Below, piece after piece: positions 9,019 to 18,087 of a stretch of DNA of 63,709 nucleotides. The position numbers and the translations under genes are program-made. Within the stretch, counting starts at the first letter, position 1, and every line of letters starts with the position of its first letter. Source of the DNA: a virus. Lineage: Duplodnaviria; Caudoviricetes. The stretch lies in the IMG/VR virus record IMGVR_UViG_3300022072_000008, positions 1-63,709 of that record; one strand, given 5' to 3'. Below the pieces are notes generated by a model. It made no database searches. It was not told the origin of the DNA and saw nothing but the letters and a program-made list of their open reading frames with translations.

Positions 9019-10604
9019 CAAAGAAACATATCGCACGGGCATTACCTGCGCTTCCGCCACGTATTGACCCTGAATTAAAACCATTGCTCACAGCGATAAA
9101 AGAAGTGCTGGAAGTGCAGGTCGGTCATCGTGGCGAAGACCTAGACAAAGCGGTTACGTTCCGAGATCTAACAGAATCTGGCATTGCTAACTTAGGCAAC
9201 CAAAGCAGTGTTGGCACATTGGTACCCATCTCTGATGTGGGCATACAAACACCCCCACCAGAGCCAGTTACTCTTACTGCGGCTGCAACTTTTACCAACG
9301 TTCTTTTGTCTTGGGGCGGCGGTTTTAAACACGACTTAGTTGCCTCTACTGAGGTATATCGCAGCACCTCTAACAGTTTAGCTACAGCTAGCCACATTGG
9401 TAGCACCTCGTCGTTTATTTACACAGACACTGTTGAGCCCTCAACCACTAACTATTATTGGGTTAGGTTTCGTTCACCAGCTGGTGTGGCTGGCCCGTAC
9501 AATGCAACTGCTGGAACATCGGCGGTGACCTCAAGTATTAATGATGCTATTCCTGACGCCACAATTAACGTAGCCAAGATAGCAAATTTGGTAGTCGATA
9601 TGGCTAGTGTCACAGGCACATTAACCGCAAGCCAAATTTCTGCAGGTTTAATTACATCGAATATGGTTGATGCAGCGGGTATTAGTGCAGACAAGATCAC
9701 GATGGACGGCAATATTGAATTTGCCAATACAGCTTCAGGTGTTCAGTTTGGTAAGACAGCGTTAGGTGATTCTCAAGCGGGGGCATTTTTTGGGCGGTCT
9801 GGTGGAGTGGCTGGCTTTAACATCTCATCGAGTACGAGCGGTATTTACGCAGACTCCGCTGGTCAAGTGGCATTGAACAACGTGCGCTTGTACACGGGTT
9901 CGGCTGGCTCGGCAGCAGAGTTTCCAAACCCTGGCACTTTTACACTTAACATCTCGTCAATTAGTACAGCTATCACTGTCATTATTATAGGCGGCGGCGG
10001 TGGTTCATGTAATGCTGGCGTGTATAACCCACCTTACGGAAAAATAGCGGGTACTTCAGGAACAGCTTCGTGGTTAAAGTGGTATTCAGGTTTGAACGGG
10101 ACAGGTAGTGTACTAGCTACTTACACAGCCGCTGGCGGGGCTGGGGTGGCTGCAGGGTCAGTTGGGTCAAACAGAAGTAGTGCGTCTGGTGTGTCTGGGC
10201 AAGCCTCATCAAAAGCAGCGGGAGGCGCTGGTGGCAATTATTCAGGCGGTTATGGCGGTCACGGTACTTTCGGGTCTGGTGGCGGCGGCCCAGCAGGTTC
10301 AGACACTTACAACGGGTCATCGAATGCTCCTGTTAATGTAAGTGCTGGAGCGGGAGCAACTGTTTCGCAGCTAATCAACAAACCCAGCGGCGCACAAAGC
10401 GTCAAGCTTTTTGTAGGCACTGGCGGCACTGGCGGACAAGGCTTTAGCCAATTCATTGGGGGCAACGACAATGTTCAAGGAGCAAATGTCGCCGGAGGAG
10501 GTAACGGCGGTAACGGCTTTGTATCAGTGGCTGATCCGAACTCAGGCGGCATTGAAGTGGATCTACTTTCAATCGTTAACCGACTTACAGCAGCAGGTAT
10601 TTAA
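9015..10604 (+). CDS. Tail fibre / host-specificity protein with FN3-like and Gly-rich domains
   Basis: EVYRS..YYWVRF FN3-like segment; I..AKIA.L repeats; C-terminal GGGGG/GAG-rich domain. Confidence 0.7.
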   Translation: MTKKHIARALPALPPRIDPELKPLLTAIKEVLEVQVGHRGEDLDKAVTFRDLTESGIANLGNQSSVGTLVPISDVGIQTPPPEPVTLTAAATFTNVLLSWGGGFKHDLVASTEVYRSTSNSLATASHIGSTSSFIYTDTVEPSTTNYYWVRFRSPAGVAGPYNATAGTSAVTSSINDAIPDATINVAKIANLVVDMASVTGTLTASQISAGLITSNMVDAAGISADKITMDGNIEFANTASGVQFGKTALGDSQAGAFFGRSGGVAGFNISSSTSGIYADSAGQVALNNVRLYTGSAGSAAEFPNPGTFTLNISSISTAITVIIIGGGGGSCNAGVYNPPYGKIAGTSGTASWLKWYSGLNGTGSVLATYTAAGGAGVAAGSVGSNRSSASGVSGQASSKAAGGAGGNYSGGYGGHGTFGSGGGGPAGSDTYNGSSNAPVNVSAGAGATVSQLINKPSGAQSVKLFVGTGGTGGQGFSQFIGGNDNVQGANVAGGGNGGNGFVSVADPNSGGIEVDLLSIVNRLTAAGI

Positions 10605-10636
10605 TTAACTAAACAGTACTCACAAAGGTAATAAAT

Positions 10637-11368
10637 GTGGCATCAGTCAAACGGCAGCGCATTAGTACTCAAGAAGCACGGATGAAATCATCGTTAAAGT
10701 TTGCAGAGGATCGAGAAAGACCGCCATTACAACCCAAGACACCGAACCAAGATAAGTATCTCAAAGCATTAAAAAACCCACACTGCCCAGTGATCATTGC
10801 ATCGGGTGTAGCGGGGTCAGGAAAAACCTACCTAGCGTGCGCATATGCCGCTGACCAATTCATGCAGAACCGCGTACAAAAGATTATCTTGTGCCGCGCA
10901 AACATTCCTACTGGCCGAAGCCTCGGCGCATTCAAAGGTGACAAAGACGACAAGATGATGAACTGGGTTATGCCTATGGTCGACGTCTTAAAGCAACGCA
11001 TGGGTGCAGGTCGGTTTGATACCGCATTAGCGAATGGCAATATAGAGCTACAGCCATTAGAAACTATTCGTGGTCGATCTTTTGGCGGTGATAAAGAAGG
11101 TGCGATTGTTTTAATAGACGAAGCACAGCAGATGACAGTCGAAGAAATAAAAGCGGTGACCACTCGAATTGGTGAAAACTGTGTGTTGGTGTTGATGGGT
11201 GACTTGGCTCAATCGGACATTAAGCAGTCGTCAGGTTTGGGGGTATTAATTAAATTGCTGGATAAACATAAGCTGCCGATTACAGTTATCGACTTTGAGA
11301 TCTCAGACATCCAGCGTAGTGATACGTGTCGAATGTTCGTAGAGTTATTCTATAAAGAGGGTATATGA
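10637..11368 (+). CDS. phoH: PhoH-family ATPase
   Basis: PKT.NQ..Y, Walker A GVAGSGKT, RGRSF, IDEAQ, TRIG, GDLAQSD. Confidence 0.93.
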   Translation: MASVKRQRISTQEARMKSSLKFAEDRERPPLQPKTPNQDKYLKALKNPHCPVIIASGVAGSGKTYLACAYAADQFMQNRVQKIILCRANIPTGRSLGAFKGDKDDKMMNWVMPMVDVLKQRMGAGRFDTALANGNIELQPLETIRGRSFGGDKEGAIVLIDEAQQMTVEEIKAVTTRIGENCVLVLMGDLAQSDIKQSSGLGVLIKLLDKHKLPITVIDFEISDIQRSDTCRMFVELFYKEGI

Positions 11369-11369
11369 T

Positions 11370-11576
11370 ATGGAAGCATTATGGGAAGCGTTAGCATTTT
11401 TAGTGCAGGCGATTACAATTGGAGGGATAGCTGGCGTCGTGCTAGCGATCATTGGTATAGTGCCTGTAGAGATTCACCGCAACATAGAGCTGCACGTTAA
11501 CAACAAGGAAGAAGGAGAAAGGATTTTAAAATCCTGGGGGCTGGCTTTAGGTACTGAACCAGAGGAAGATGAGTAG
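11370..11576 (+). CDS. Small membrane protein
   Basis: Hydrophobic N-terminal half, acidic tail; last gene before attP. Confidence 0.55.
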   Translation: MEALWEALAFLVQAITIGGIAGVVLAIIGIVPVEIHRNIELHVNNKEEGERILKSWGLALGTEPEEDE

Positions 11577-11846
11577 GTCAGTGCGTAGGTTTTACCTGCG
11601 CAATTTCCTACGCAGTACCTAATTGCACTTAATTGTAAGTTATTGCTTTACATTGCTTTTAATTGCACTATAATAGCAGCGTGAACGGGCTAGGAAATCA
11701 ACTAAGTTGTTGATATATATGGAGATATACCTTAGCTAACGCTAACGAGTCCCGTCCGTTCCGCCATTTTTAATTCTCCATATATATCAGTGACATAGCA
11801 CTGGTAACAATGACTAATACGCACTTTCCTACGCAGTGAGTAGGAA
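11570..11846. other. attP: attP site: tRNA-Asp 3'-end core with IHF site and arm-type repeats
   Basis: Core CGAGTCCCGTCCGTTCCGCCA at 11746-11766 matches the 3' end of enterobacterial tRNA-Asp as recalled. IHF consensus WATCAANNNNTTR on the minus strand at 11703-11715. TTTCCTACGCAGT repeats at 11604-11616 and 11825-11837. Adjacent to the integrase. Confidence 0.88.
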
Positions 11847-11879
11847 CAGTGTTATATTAGGCGTGTTAAGGAGAACACT

Positions 11880-13049
11880 ATGGCCACATACACCCCACTC
11901 AAAGATAAGACAGGCAAAATAACTGCACATCGTTTTCAAATAAGGAAACGAGGGTATAAAGAAAAAACTAAGCAGTTTACCACCAAAGGAAAAGGTGAGC
12001 GTTGGGCTAAGAAAACCGAATCTGAAATGGATGCTGGTTCATACGAAAGCACATCGAACGCTGGACGTTGGACGCTGGGCGCTGTTATGGCCGAGTACCT
12101 CGACAAAATACACCCTATCAAACCTTTTTGTAAATCCAAGAAGAATGCACTACTTCGTTTAATCGAACACCCGATGGCGTCAGTCAGTATTGTGGATCTT
12201 ACTACTCACCATTTCTATGAATTTGCAAAGTATCGTTCAGAGCATGGTGCGGGTCCAAAAACTGTAGCAGATGATATTGGGTATATAAGCAAAGCGCTGA
12301 CGTATGGTCGCGCCATTTTAAAAATACCTAATGCAACTAAGCCGCTAGACGAAGTTAGACCTGTGCTAAATGACTATGGGTTAACTGGTTCGAGTAATAA
12401 GCGCAAACGCAGACTTGTGCCAGGAGAGTTTGAGGCGCTTATGTCTGTACCCCACAGAAAATATGATGGGGCTAGAAGCAATGACAAGGTCATGACTCGG
12501 CTAAGAATGAAATACATTATTCCTTTAGCACTTGAGACAACGATGCGGGAATCAGAAATTGCTCGAATGAAGATTGATGATGTTAATTTTGAGGAAGGGG
12601 AGCTGATGATTTGGGCGCGAAAGCACCCAACAAAGAAGGAAACAAACGATCAGTTAATTCCTCTTACAGAAGAAGCTAGAAAAGTTTTGCGAGAGTATTT
12701 GAACTTAGGCATTCACACTAAAGGCAAACCTTTGTTCTGGCCAGTAAAAGCTAAGAACATGGGTGACATGTTTCACACAATGGCTGAGAAGAGTGGGATT
12801 AATGAAGTGGGTAGCAGTGTTAAGTCAAACTTTAATAACTTGACGTTTCATGATTTGAGGCACGAAGCAATCACACGATTGTTTGCGGAAGGGTTTAAAG
12901 CGGAGGAAGTGATGTTGTTCTCAGGTCATACCGACATGAAGTCACTGTTGATCTATGTAAACCTCACCCCAGCCGATGTCCTACGCGCTAAGGAAATACG
13001 GCGCGTGATCATGGAACAACGGCTAGACGAGATTAGTTTAGCTCTTTAA
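11880..13049 (+). CDS. int: Tyrosine integrase
   Basis: Catalytic R (TTMRESE), K (RKHP), HDLRH, SGH and Y (LIYV). Confidence 0.95.
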   Translation: MATYTPLKDKTGKITAHRFQIRKRGYKEKTKQFTTKGKGERWAKKTESEMDAGSYESTSNAGRWTLGAVMAEYLDKIHPIKPFCKSKKNALLRLIEHPMASVSIVDLTTHHFYEFAKYRSEHGAGPKTVADDIGYISKALTYGRAILKIPNATKPLDEVRPVLNDYGLTGSSNKRKRRLVPGEFEALMSVPHRKYDGARSNDKVMTRLRMKYIIPLALETTMRESEIARMKIDDVNFEEGELMIWARKHPTKKETNDQLIPLTEEARKVLREYLNLGIHTKGKPLFWPVKAKNMGDMFHTMAEKSGINEVGSSVKSNFNNLTFHDLRHEAITRLFAEGFKAEEVMLFSGHTDMKSLLIYVNLTPADVLRAKEIRRVIMEQRLDEISLAL

Positions 13050-13272
13050 TTTCAGCAGCGGACAACGCGCATTGCTCGTCGACGTATGCTGCAAGATCAG
13101 ATAAACGCATCATGCGTTTTTTGCCAAGCGTGAATGTGGGCACTTCAAAACGTCCACAATAAACGCTTTGTTGTAAGGTGCGCTTTGGTACGCCAAGCAA
13201 GTCACTGACTTCGTCAAGGCCGATAAACGGCTTGTTAAAAAGATCAGTGAGTAGAGTCTGAGTCGTCTTCAT
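13033..13272 (-). CDS. Excisionase/AlpA-like HTH protein
   Basis: IGLDEVSDLLGV...FEVPTF.LGKK...DLAAYVD; convergent on the integrase; start is probably ATG 13272. Confidence 0.65.
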   Translation of the reverse strand: MKTTQTLLTDLFNKPFIGLDEVSDLLGVPKRTLQQSVYCGRFEVPTFTLGKKRMMRLSDLAAYVDEQCALSAAEIKELN

Positions 13273-13483
13273 AAGATTCAACCAGTTTGTTGAGATACCA
13301 CGCTGCCTTTTTGGCATCCTCTGCGGTGTCCCATTTCTCTCTCCATAGGTATTTAATTACGGTGGCTCTGCAGTGGGCTCGGAATCCTTCCGGTCCTAGT
13401 GCAGCGCGTATGGCGTCAATGCATTGCATCCCTGTATCAGATTGGTAATGCACAGGTTGCTCAACCATGTCGTGTTCTTTCAT
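13244..13483 (-). CDS. DUF3310 family protein
   Basis: DMV.QP.HY...CID.I...KYLWR...ED.KKA.WYL signature; start ATG 13483. Confidence 0.85.
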   Translation of the reverse strand: MKEHDMVEQPVHYQSDTGMQCIDAIRAALGPEGFRAHCRATVIKYLWREKWDTAEDAKKAAWYLNKLVESYEDDSDSTH

Positions 13484-13485
13484 AT

Positions 13486-13502
13486 TATTAGCTCTGCTTA
13501 TA
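13486..13502 (-). promoter_or_regulatory. Dispersed 17-bp palindromic operator-like site
   Basis: Minus strand TATAAGC-AGA-GCTAATA, 2 nt before ATG 13483. Confidence 0.7.
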
Positions 13503-13530
13503 TTGGAATGCAAAAAAATAGAAACTATTT

Positions 13531-13731
13531 TTATGGGGGGCCTTGCTGACATTGCTTGTAGTCGTTGTTGCCAAATGATGTTGCCATCCCTGCAAACCAA
13601 GGCTCCATGACGCCATAAATAGGGGCAGTGACAGCAAAGGTATCAGTGTGGATTAAGTGCCACTCCCAACATTCTTCTTGCATCCACGCCTTCTTTTTGG
13701 ATTGATTGTTATTAAGTTGGCTAACTATCAT
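13531..13731 (-). CDS. Hypothetical protein
   Basis: Abuts the repressor stop codon. Confidence 0.5.
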   Translation of the reverse strand: MIVSQLNNNQSKKKAWMQEECWEWHLIHTDTFAVTAPIYGVMEPWFAGMATSFGNNDYKQCQQGPP

Positions 13732-14403
13732 TTAAAATTGCACCCCTCTTATTAAACCGCAAACGCTAATGCTTGGGTCTGATAAATCGACGGTGGTGTT
13801 AATACCGACTTCTGTTGGGTGGTACGTTTGTACTTCGTCACCTTTGATACCGCTAACAACACGAATAATACAAGCGCCTTTTCCGTAACGGACAAGGACC
13901 TGATTCCCTATCTCCCATTTAGCTAATGGGTCAATGATTGCATATTCGCCGTTGCTGTATCGAGGTGAGTATTCGTCTGTGTCTATTTCAACGGCGAACG
14001 CTCCTGACATTGTGTGTGTCATAATACTAACAACTCTATTTAAAACGGGTTTCCCCGAAAGTGTAATTGACACCGGAATTTCTGACCTCATCGTAGGGCT
14101 AACTGCGTTCAAGAGCTTATATTCTTCAAGCTCTGCCACTAAAGCCCCAAGGTCACAACGAAGTAACGCTGACACGCTTAATACCATCATAGGGTTGATG
14201 GATACTGCGCCGCTCAACATCTGATTAAACATCGGCTGTGAAACACCGATCTGATCCGCTGCATTCTTTTGGGTTAACTCCGACCCTAGTTTTCCGTTTT
14301 TGTATTTCCTCCATTCGTTATTAATTCTTCGGGACATCTCAAGAGAGTCAGCAGAAATTAGCCTTAGCGGTTTTGTAGATTTACTCTTTTGTGATTTGTC
14401 CAT
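13732..14403 (-). CDS. CI/XRE-like repressor (HTH plus degenerate S24-like domain)
   Basis: LTQKNAADQIGVSQPMFNQMLSG HTH; C-terminal FAVEI...P.Y..GEYAIIDP...G.I.G. Confidence 0.75.
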   Translation of the reverse strand: MDKSQKSKSTKPLRLISADSLEMSRRINNEWRKYKNGKLGSELTQKNAADQIGVSQPMFNQMLSGAVSINPMMVLSVSALLRCDLGALVAELEEYKLLNAVSPTMRSEIPVSITLSGKPVLNRVVSIMTHTMSGAFAVEIDTDEYSPRYSNGEYAIIDPLAKWEIGNQVLVRYGKGACIIRVVSGIKGDEVQTYHPTEVGINTTVDLSDPSISVCGLIRGVQF

Positions 14404-14794
14404 TATGTCTTGTCTCCATACAGAATTCTGTAAGCCATTTCGATACTTCTTTATTTGAAATGATTGTGTGTTTTTTAATTCCGTTTATCCATTGTTCTTT
14501 CTCGGTGAGAAGAAAACCCCCTGATGGGGACCCTATAATACAAGCACAGCTTATCGAATGTCCAGACATTTTTATTAGCCATGCTAATTGCTGTGCAGAA
14601 AGGTTTGGTTTTATGAGTGTGGTGTCACGTTTTGGTAGCTTAGCAATCCACTTATACTCGACCCATATGTTTGCAGCAGGGCCGGAATACCAACAGTCGG
14701 GGACACCGCCTGCGTAGTTGTCGTGGATTTTCCACTTGTGCATTTCTGAAGGAAGGGGGCGGTGGATGGAACGGATGTATCCGTGCTCATTCAA
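14381..14794 (-). CDS. PD-(D/E)XK (VRR-NUC/resolvase-like) endonuclease
   Basis: GGVPD..., WVEYK and LSAQQLAW motifs; probable TTG start at 14794. Confidence 0.75.
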   Translation of the reverse strand: MNEHGYIRSIHRPLPSEMHKWKIHDNYAGGVPDCWYSGPAANIWVEYKWIAKLPKRDTTLIKPNLSAQQLAWLIKMSGHSISCACIIGSPSGGFLLTEKEQWINGIKKHTIISNKEVSKWLTEFCMETRHNGQITKE

Positions 14795-14830
14795 AAGGTA
14801 GGGCCTCTTTACTGAGGGCTCCATCCACCA

Positions 14831-14859
14831 TAAAAGGGCGTCACTTCCATACAACGCCC
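14831..14859 (-). terminator. Intrinsic terminator-like hairpin
   Basis: Minus strand GGGCGT-TGTATGGAAGTG-ACGCCC followed by TTTTAT, just after the 14872 stop. Confidence 0.55.
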
Positions 14860-14871
14860 GGTGCGCAGCGG

Positions 14872-15612
14872 TTAGGCTGCTTTTTGGTCTACGTGACCAG
14901 ACAGATGCTTGTAAGCTTCTTCTGCCTTAGCGTGTAGGTCAGGGGATGCCCAGCCTTTGCGCTCGATCTTGTAGTTAAGATACGTCTTACCGTTCTTCTT
15001 ATTCTCTTCTGTGATACCGGCTACGGCCCACACAGCTGAGAAACGATCGCCGCCCGCTGCTGCAATCTGATTGTTCCAGCGATTAGACACTTTGGCCTTG
15101 GTACGAGGGAACTTCATGATAGCGCCAGTGGCTTTACCAGTTTCGAGATTGAGTACAAGAACGTAGTGACGAGGTGAATCGTTTACGTCGTAGTTATCAA
15201 TGTCTTCGAATTCTGCAGAGGGGCTGTTGAACGCTTGCTCAATGGCTTCTTTAGACTCGAATTCTTTGGTACTGGTTCCCGCGTCGACGAACGGGTAGTT
15301 GGTGTTCTTGTTCCACGCCATCCAGAAATGATCGTAGTACACATTGACTACTAAACATTCTGACATGATCTCGCGAGTCTGGTCATTGAACATCATGCCG
15401 GGCTTCGCACCAGGAATATAACGTGCATGACTTTCGTCACATTCGTTGCTGATCTTTTGGAGCAGCTTGATCTCTGGAATATCATCGGAGGAAACAGTAA
15501 CGTTTTCGTTGCCGAGGCCGGCAGCGTTGGTTACGTGGTCTGGGGTGTCATCAATTAGCATTAAGCTTGATGGAGTTGTGATTTCTTTTTTAGGCATTGT
15601 ACGTTTACTCAC
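14872..15612 (-). CDS. Putative single-stranded DNA-binding/replication protein
   Basis: IPEIKLLQ..S...YIPGAKPG motif; position in the replication cluster; alternative start ATG 15597. Confidence 0.45.
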   Translation of the reverse strand: MSKRTMPKKEITTPSSLMLIDDTPDHVTNAAGLGNENVTVSSDDIPEIKLLQKISNECDESHARYIPGAKPGMMFNDQTREIMSECLVVNVYYDHFWMAWNKNTNYPFVDAGTSTKEFESKEAIEQAFNSPSAEFEDIDNYDVNDSPRHYVLVLNLETGKATGAIMKFPRTKAKVSNRWNNQIAAAGGDRFSAVWAVAGITEENKKNGKTYLNYKIERKGWASPDLHAKAEEAYKHLSGHVDQKAA

Positions 15613-15656
15613 TGTAGTTACATTGGACGCTGAACCCTGTTGGGTAGCATAGTTAT

Positions 15657-15698
15657 TATAAGCCCTGCTTATAGTTATGTATATAAGCTGGGCTTATT
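15657..15698. promoter_or_regulatory. Tandem pair of 17-bp palindromic sites
   Basis: TATAAGC-CCT-GCTTATA (15657-15673) and TATAAGC-TGG-GCTTATT (15682-15698). Confidence 0.75.
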
Positions 15699-15701
15699 TA
15701 T

Positions 15702-16076
15702 TTACAAAGCTCGAAGGTTTAACTTACGGTCTTTGAAAATCTCGACACCAGGGACTTCATGTCCGAGGTTTAATAGCTCACGAAACGCTGCTGCACTCAT
15801 GCGTTTTTGCAAGAGGTAGAACGAGTCATTGGTCTTGATGTAGTCGTACACAAGATCCCAATCTTTGACAGTAGGTACGTCAGTCTCTGAGATAGAGACG
15901 TTGGCACTAAGACCGCCGATACGCTTGGCACCTTGGTCGTCCATCTTGACCATGATCTCGCTGGATAAGTTTTTGAAGTCTTCCTTGAGTGCGTTGACTT
16001 TCTTTTCGTCAGCACGGATTACTTCGCGTAGTTGATGTGCCTGTTCGATCAGGTCACCTAGTTTTGAATCAGTCAT
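15702..16076 (-). CDS. Coiled-coil phage protein
   Basis: Start MTDSKLG; P.V.DWD..Y.YI...LLQKR.S pattern. Confidence 0.65.
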   Translation of the reverse strand: MTDSKLGDLIEQAHQLREVIRADEKKVNALKEDFKNLSSEIMVKMDDQGAKRIGGLSANVSISETDVPTVKDWDLVYDYIKTNDSFYLLQKRMSAAAFRELLNLGHEVPGVEIFKDRKLNLRAL

Positions 16077-16407
16077 TGGTACTCTCCTCGTTGGTAATTT
16101 TATAATCAAAAGGTTCCATTAAAAATTCTTCGGTGTAAAAAGTATCACCATCGTGATGTTCTTTAGTGGCCATGTAGCCAAACACGTTGATGTGCATACC
16201 TGATGGGCCGTATACGATAAAGTTTAATCGCCTACCATCTTCTTGGACGATCTCTTCGTCACCGTCCGACACTGACCAGATTTGCGATTCTGCATACCCG
16301 AGTTTCATTAACTCATGGGGGGAATTTGCGTAATCACCACAGCAATTGCCGTCACTGTCCATTCGTGAAACTTGTTCAAACGGGAACTCTTTGTTGTAAT
16401 CTGTCAT
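16069..16407 (-). CDS. Hypothetical acidic protein
   Basis: Coupled overlaps with both neighbours. Confidence 0.6.
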   Translation of the reverse strand: MTDYNKEFPFEQVSRMDSDGNCCGDYANSPHELMKLGYAESQIWSVSDGDEEIVQEDGRRLNFIVYGPSGMHINVFGYMATKEHHDGDTFYTEEFLMEPFDYKITNEESTND

Positions 16408-16634
16408 TCGTCACTCTCCATTTCATGGATCGTATACCCTTGCTCTTCGCCAGCTGCGTGAGTGTAGTCGACTAACTGAGCCCATGTAGTAAAGCCTTTA
16501 GAACCTAAGTACATTTGATCAAGCTCTTCGCCATCTTTGTCCCATGTACCTACCATGGAGACAGTAGCGGTTTCTGACATCTCGCCGTAACATCTAATAC
16601 CTTTATGAATTGTCATTTGGGTTGCTTGTTTCAT
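16404..16634 (-). CDS. Hypothetical protein
   Basis: ATGA overlaps; RBS. Confidence 0.6.
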   Translation of the reverse strand: MKQATQMTIHKGIRCYGEMSETATVSMVGTWDKDGEELDQMYLGSKGFTTWAQLVDYTHAAGEEQGYTIHEMESDE

Positions 16635-16894
16635 GGTTTAACCTCCACTAATTTAAAAAATTTATCTGTACTTAAATCTACATCGGCGAATGCAATCCTA
16701 TAGCTTTCATTTGGATACTCTAAACCATCAGCCATAAAGTAATCGTTATAACCCTTGGCGTAGGCATCTATACGATCCACTGCGTTTATGTTGTCACTAT
16801 AAACAACTAGCATTGGTTCACCATCTTGTACATACATGTAAGACTCTTTAGCAAGAGACCATACTAAGTGCTCTGTGACTGTCATTATTGTCAT
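16631..16894 (-). CDS. Hypothetical protein
   Basis: AAGGAGG RBS; ATGA overlap. Confidence 0.6.
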   Translation of the reverse strand: MTIMTVTEHLVWSLAKESYMYVQDGEPMLVVYSDNINAVDRIDAYAKGYNDYFMADGLEYPNESYRIAFADVDLSTDKFFKLVEVKP

Positions 16895-17250
16895 ACGACC
16901 TCCTTATGCCGCATGGAAATGTCTTTGAGCATGCCTGCAACTGCGTATTCAGTGAGCGTTTTATCTGCTTTGAAGTGCAAGTCACGCTCAATCGGCAGGC
17001 CAAACGGGGGAAATTTGATAGACATGAGTTCGTCCATCGACACATAACCTAGTTCGGGTGTTCCGAAACCTAAGTCACAAAGTCCATAGGCCATGTTTGA
17101 TTCTGGATCTAACTCAGTCAGCAGCCATGTACAGGCACCGCCTCCAAACAATTTAACGACGGGCTTAAAATCTATTTCGTCTGCGTCTCCATTGTTAGTG
17201 TTTCGGTTCTTTATTAATTTAGCTTCAATTGCTTTAGTTAGTATCTTCAT
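16891..17250 (-). CDS. DUF2958 family protein
   Basis: VVKLF...TWLLTE.D...GLCDLG.G.PELGYVS..EL...IERDLHF; start ATG 17250 with AGGAGG RBS. Confidence 0.8.
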   Translation of the reverse strand: MKILTKAIEAKLIKNRNTNNGDADEIDFKPVVKLFGGGACTWLLTELDPESNMAYGLCDLGFGTPELGYVSMDELMSIKFPPFGLPIERDLHFKADKTLTEYAVAGMLKDISMRHKEVV

Positions 17251-17258
17251 AAGTCCTC

Positions 17259-17462
17259 CTAGTAGGTGTGTTTTTCGGGTTGGCGAGCGTCCATATCTGC
17301 TGCCCAAAGATCATGCTTCTCTTCGTGCTGACTAACTGCTTCGGCCCCATCCTTGGCGTACTGCCACACAAACTCATCCCAATCGGCAGGAAGGCTCTGA
17401 CCTTCCTCTATAAAACTAATCTCATTGGAACCATTCATATAAGTACAGAATCTTTTATTCAT
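17259..17462 (-). CDS. Hypothetical protein
   Basis: AGGAGG RBS; ATGA overlap. Confidence 0.6.
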   Translation of the reverse strand: MNKRFCTYMNGSNEISFIEEGQSLPADWDEFVWQYAKDGAEAVSQHEEKHDLWAADMDARQPEKHTY

Positions 17463-17887
17463 ACATCCTCCTTAATTTCTTCATAACGAAGGTCTTCGTA
17501 GACACTCTCGTTTATAAACATCTGAACAATAGCGTCAGCTTGTTTATCATCAATCAACAAAATGTCAGTGCTTATTTTTCCATCTGCTTCAACTTTTGCT
17601 AACTCGGCTGCAGTGCAAGTTTGGGGGTTAATAGACGCTCCTTGCGTTAGTTCTAGAAAACGATCTACGTGCTCTGGATTCCAAAATTTATAAGTTTTTA
17701 GTTTTGTTTTTCTTAGCTCAAGTTTTTCTAGTTCGAGTTTTACTTCATGTATTTTGTCGTCAAACATTTCCATTAGTTCGTGTGCATAGTCGTCCTCGGC
17801 GCTGTAGAACTGATCTTTCCAGTGCTTTAAAGCGCTAACAAAACCTTCTGTGCAGTGTTTACAGTCATATATTCTAGTAAGTTGCAT
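17459..17887 (-). CDS. Hypothetical protein
   Basis: AGGAGG RBS; CxxC near the N-terminus. Confidence 0.6.
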   Translation of the reverse strand: MQLTRIYDCKHCTEGFVSALKHWKDQFYSAEDDYAHELMEMFDDKIHEVKLELEKLELRKTKLKTYKFWNPEHVDRFLELTQGASINPQTCTAAELAKVEADGKISTDILLIDDKQADAIVQMFINESVYEDLRYEEIKEDV

Positions 17888-17896
17888 ACGTCCTCC

Positions 17897-18079
17897 TTAA
17901 AACGAGTCGTTTACAGCACGCATGACTTCGTCACACGCCGCCGTATAGGTTGGATATTCGCCAATGAACTGGTCATTAATGCGTAATTCAACGTGTTCCA
18001 TATTTCCGATCATTCCGACCGGCTTAATTATTACTGAGGCTGTCATGTCGTACAGTCCTGCTTTAATTACATTATTCAT
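17897..18079 (-). CDS. Hypothetical protein
   Basis: AGGAG RBS. Confidence 0.55.
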   Translation of the reverse strand: MNNVIKAGLYDMTASVIIKPVGMIGNMEHVELRINDQFIGEYPTYTAACDEVMRAVNDSF

Positions 18080-18087
18080 AACTTCTC

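Noticed and set aside
11690-11766. Complete phage tRNA gene
   Set aside because: Only part of the T-arm and the acceptor 3' end (21 nt) are present; upstream sequence cannot form D or anticodon arms, so it is the att core.
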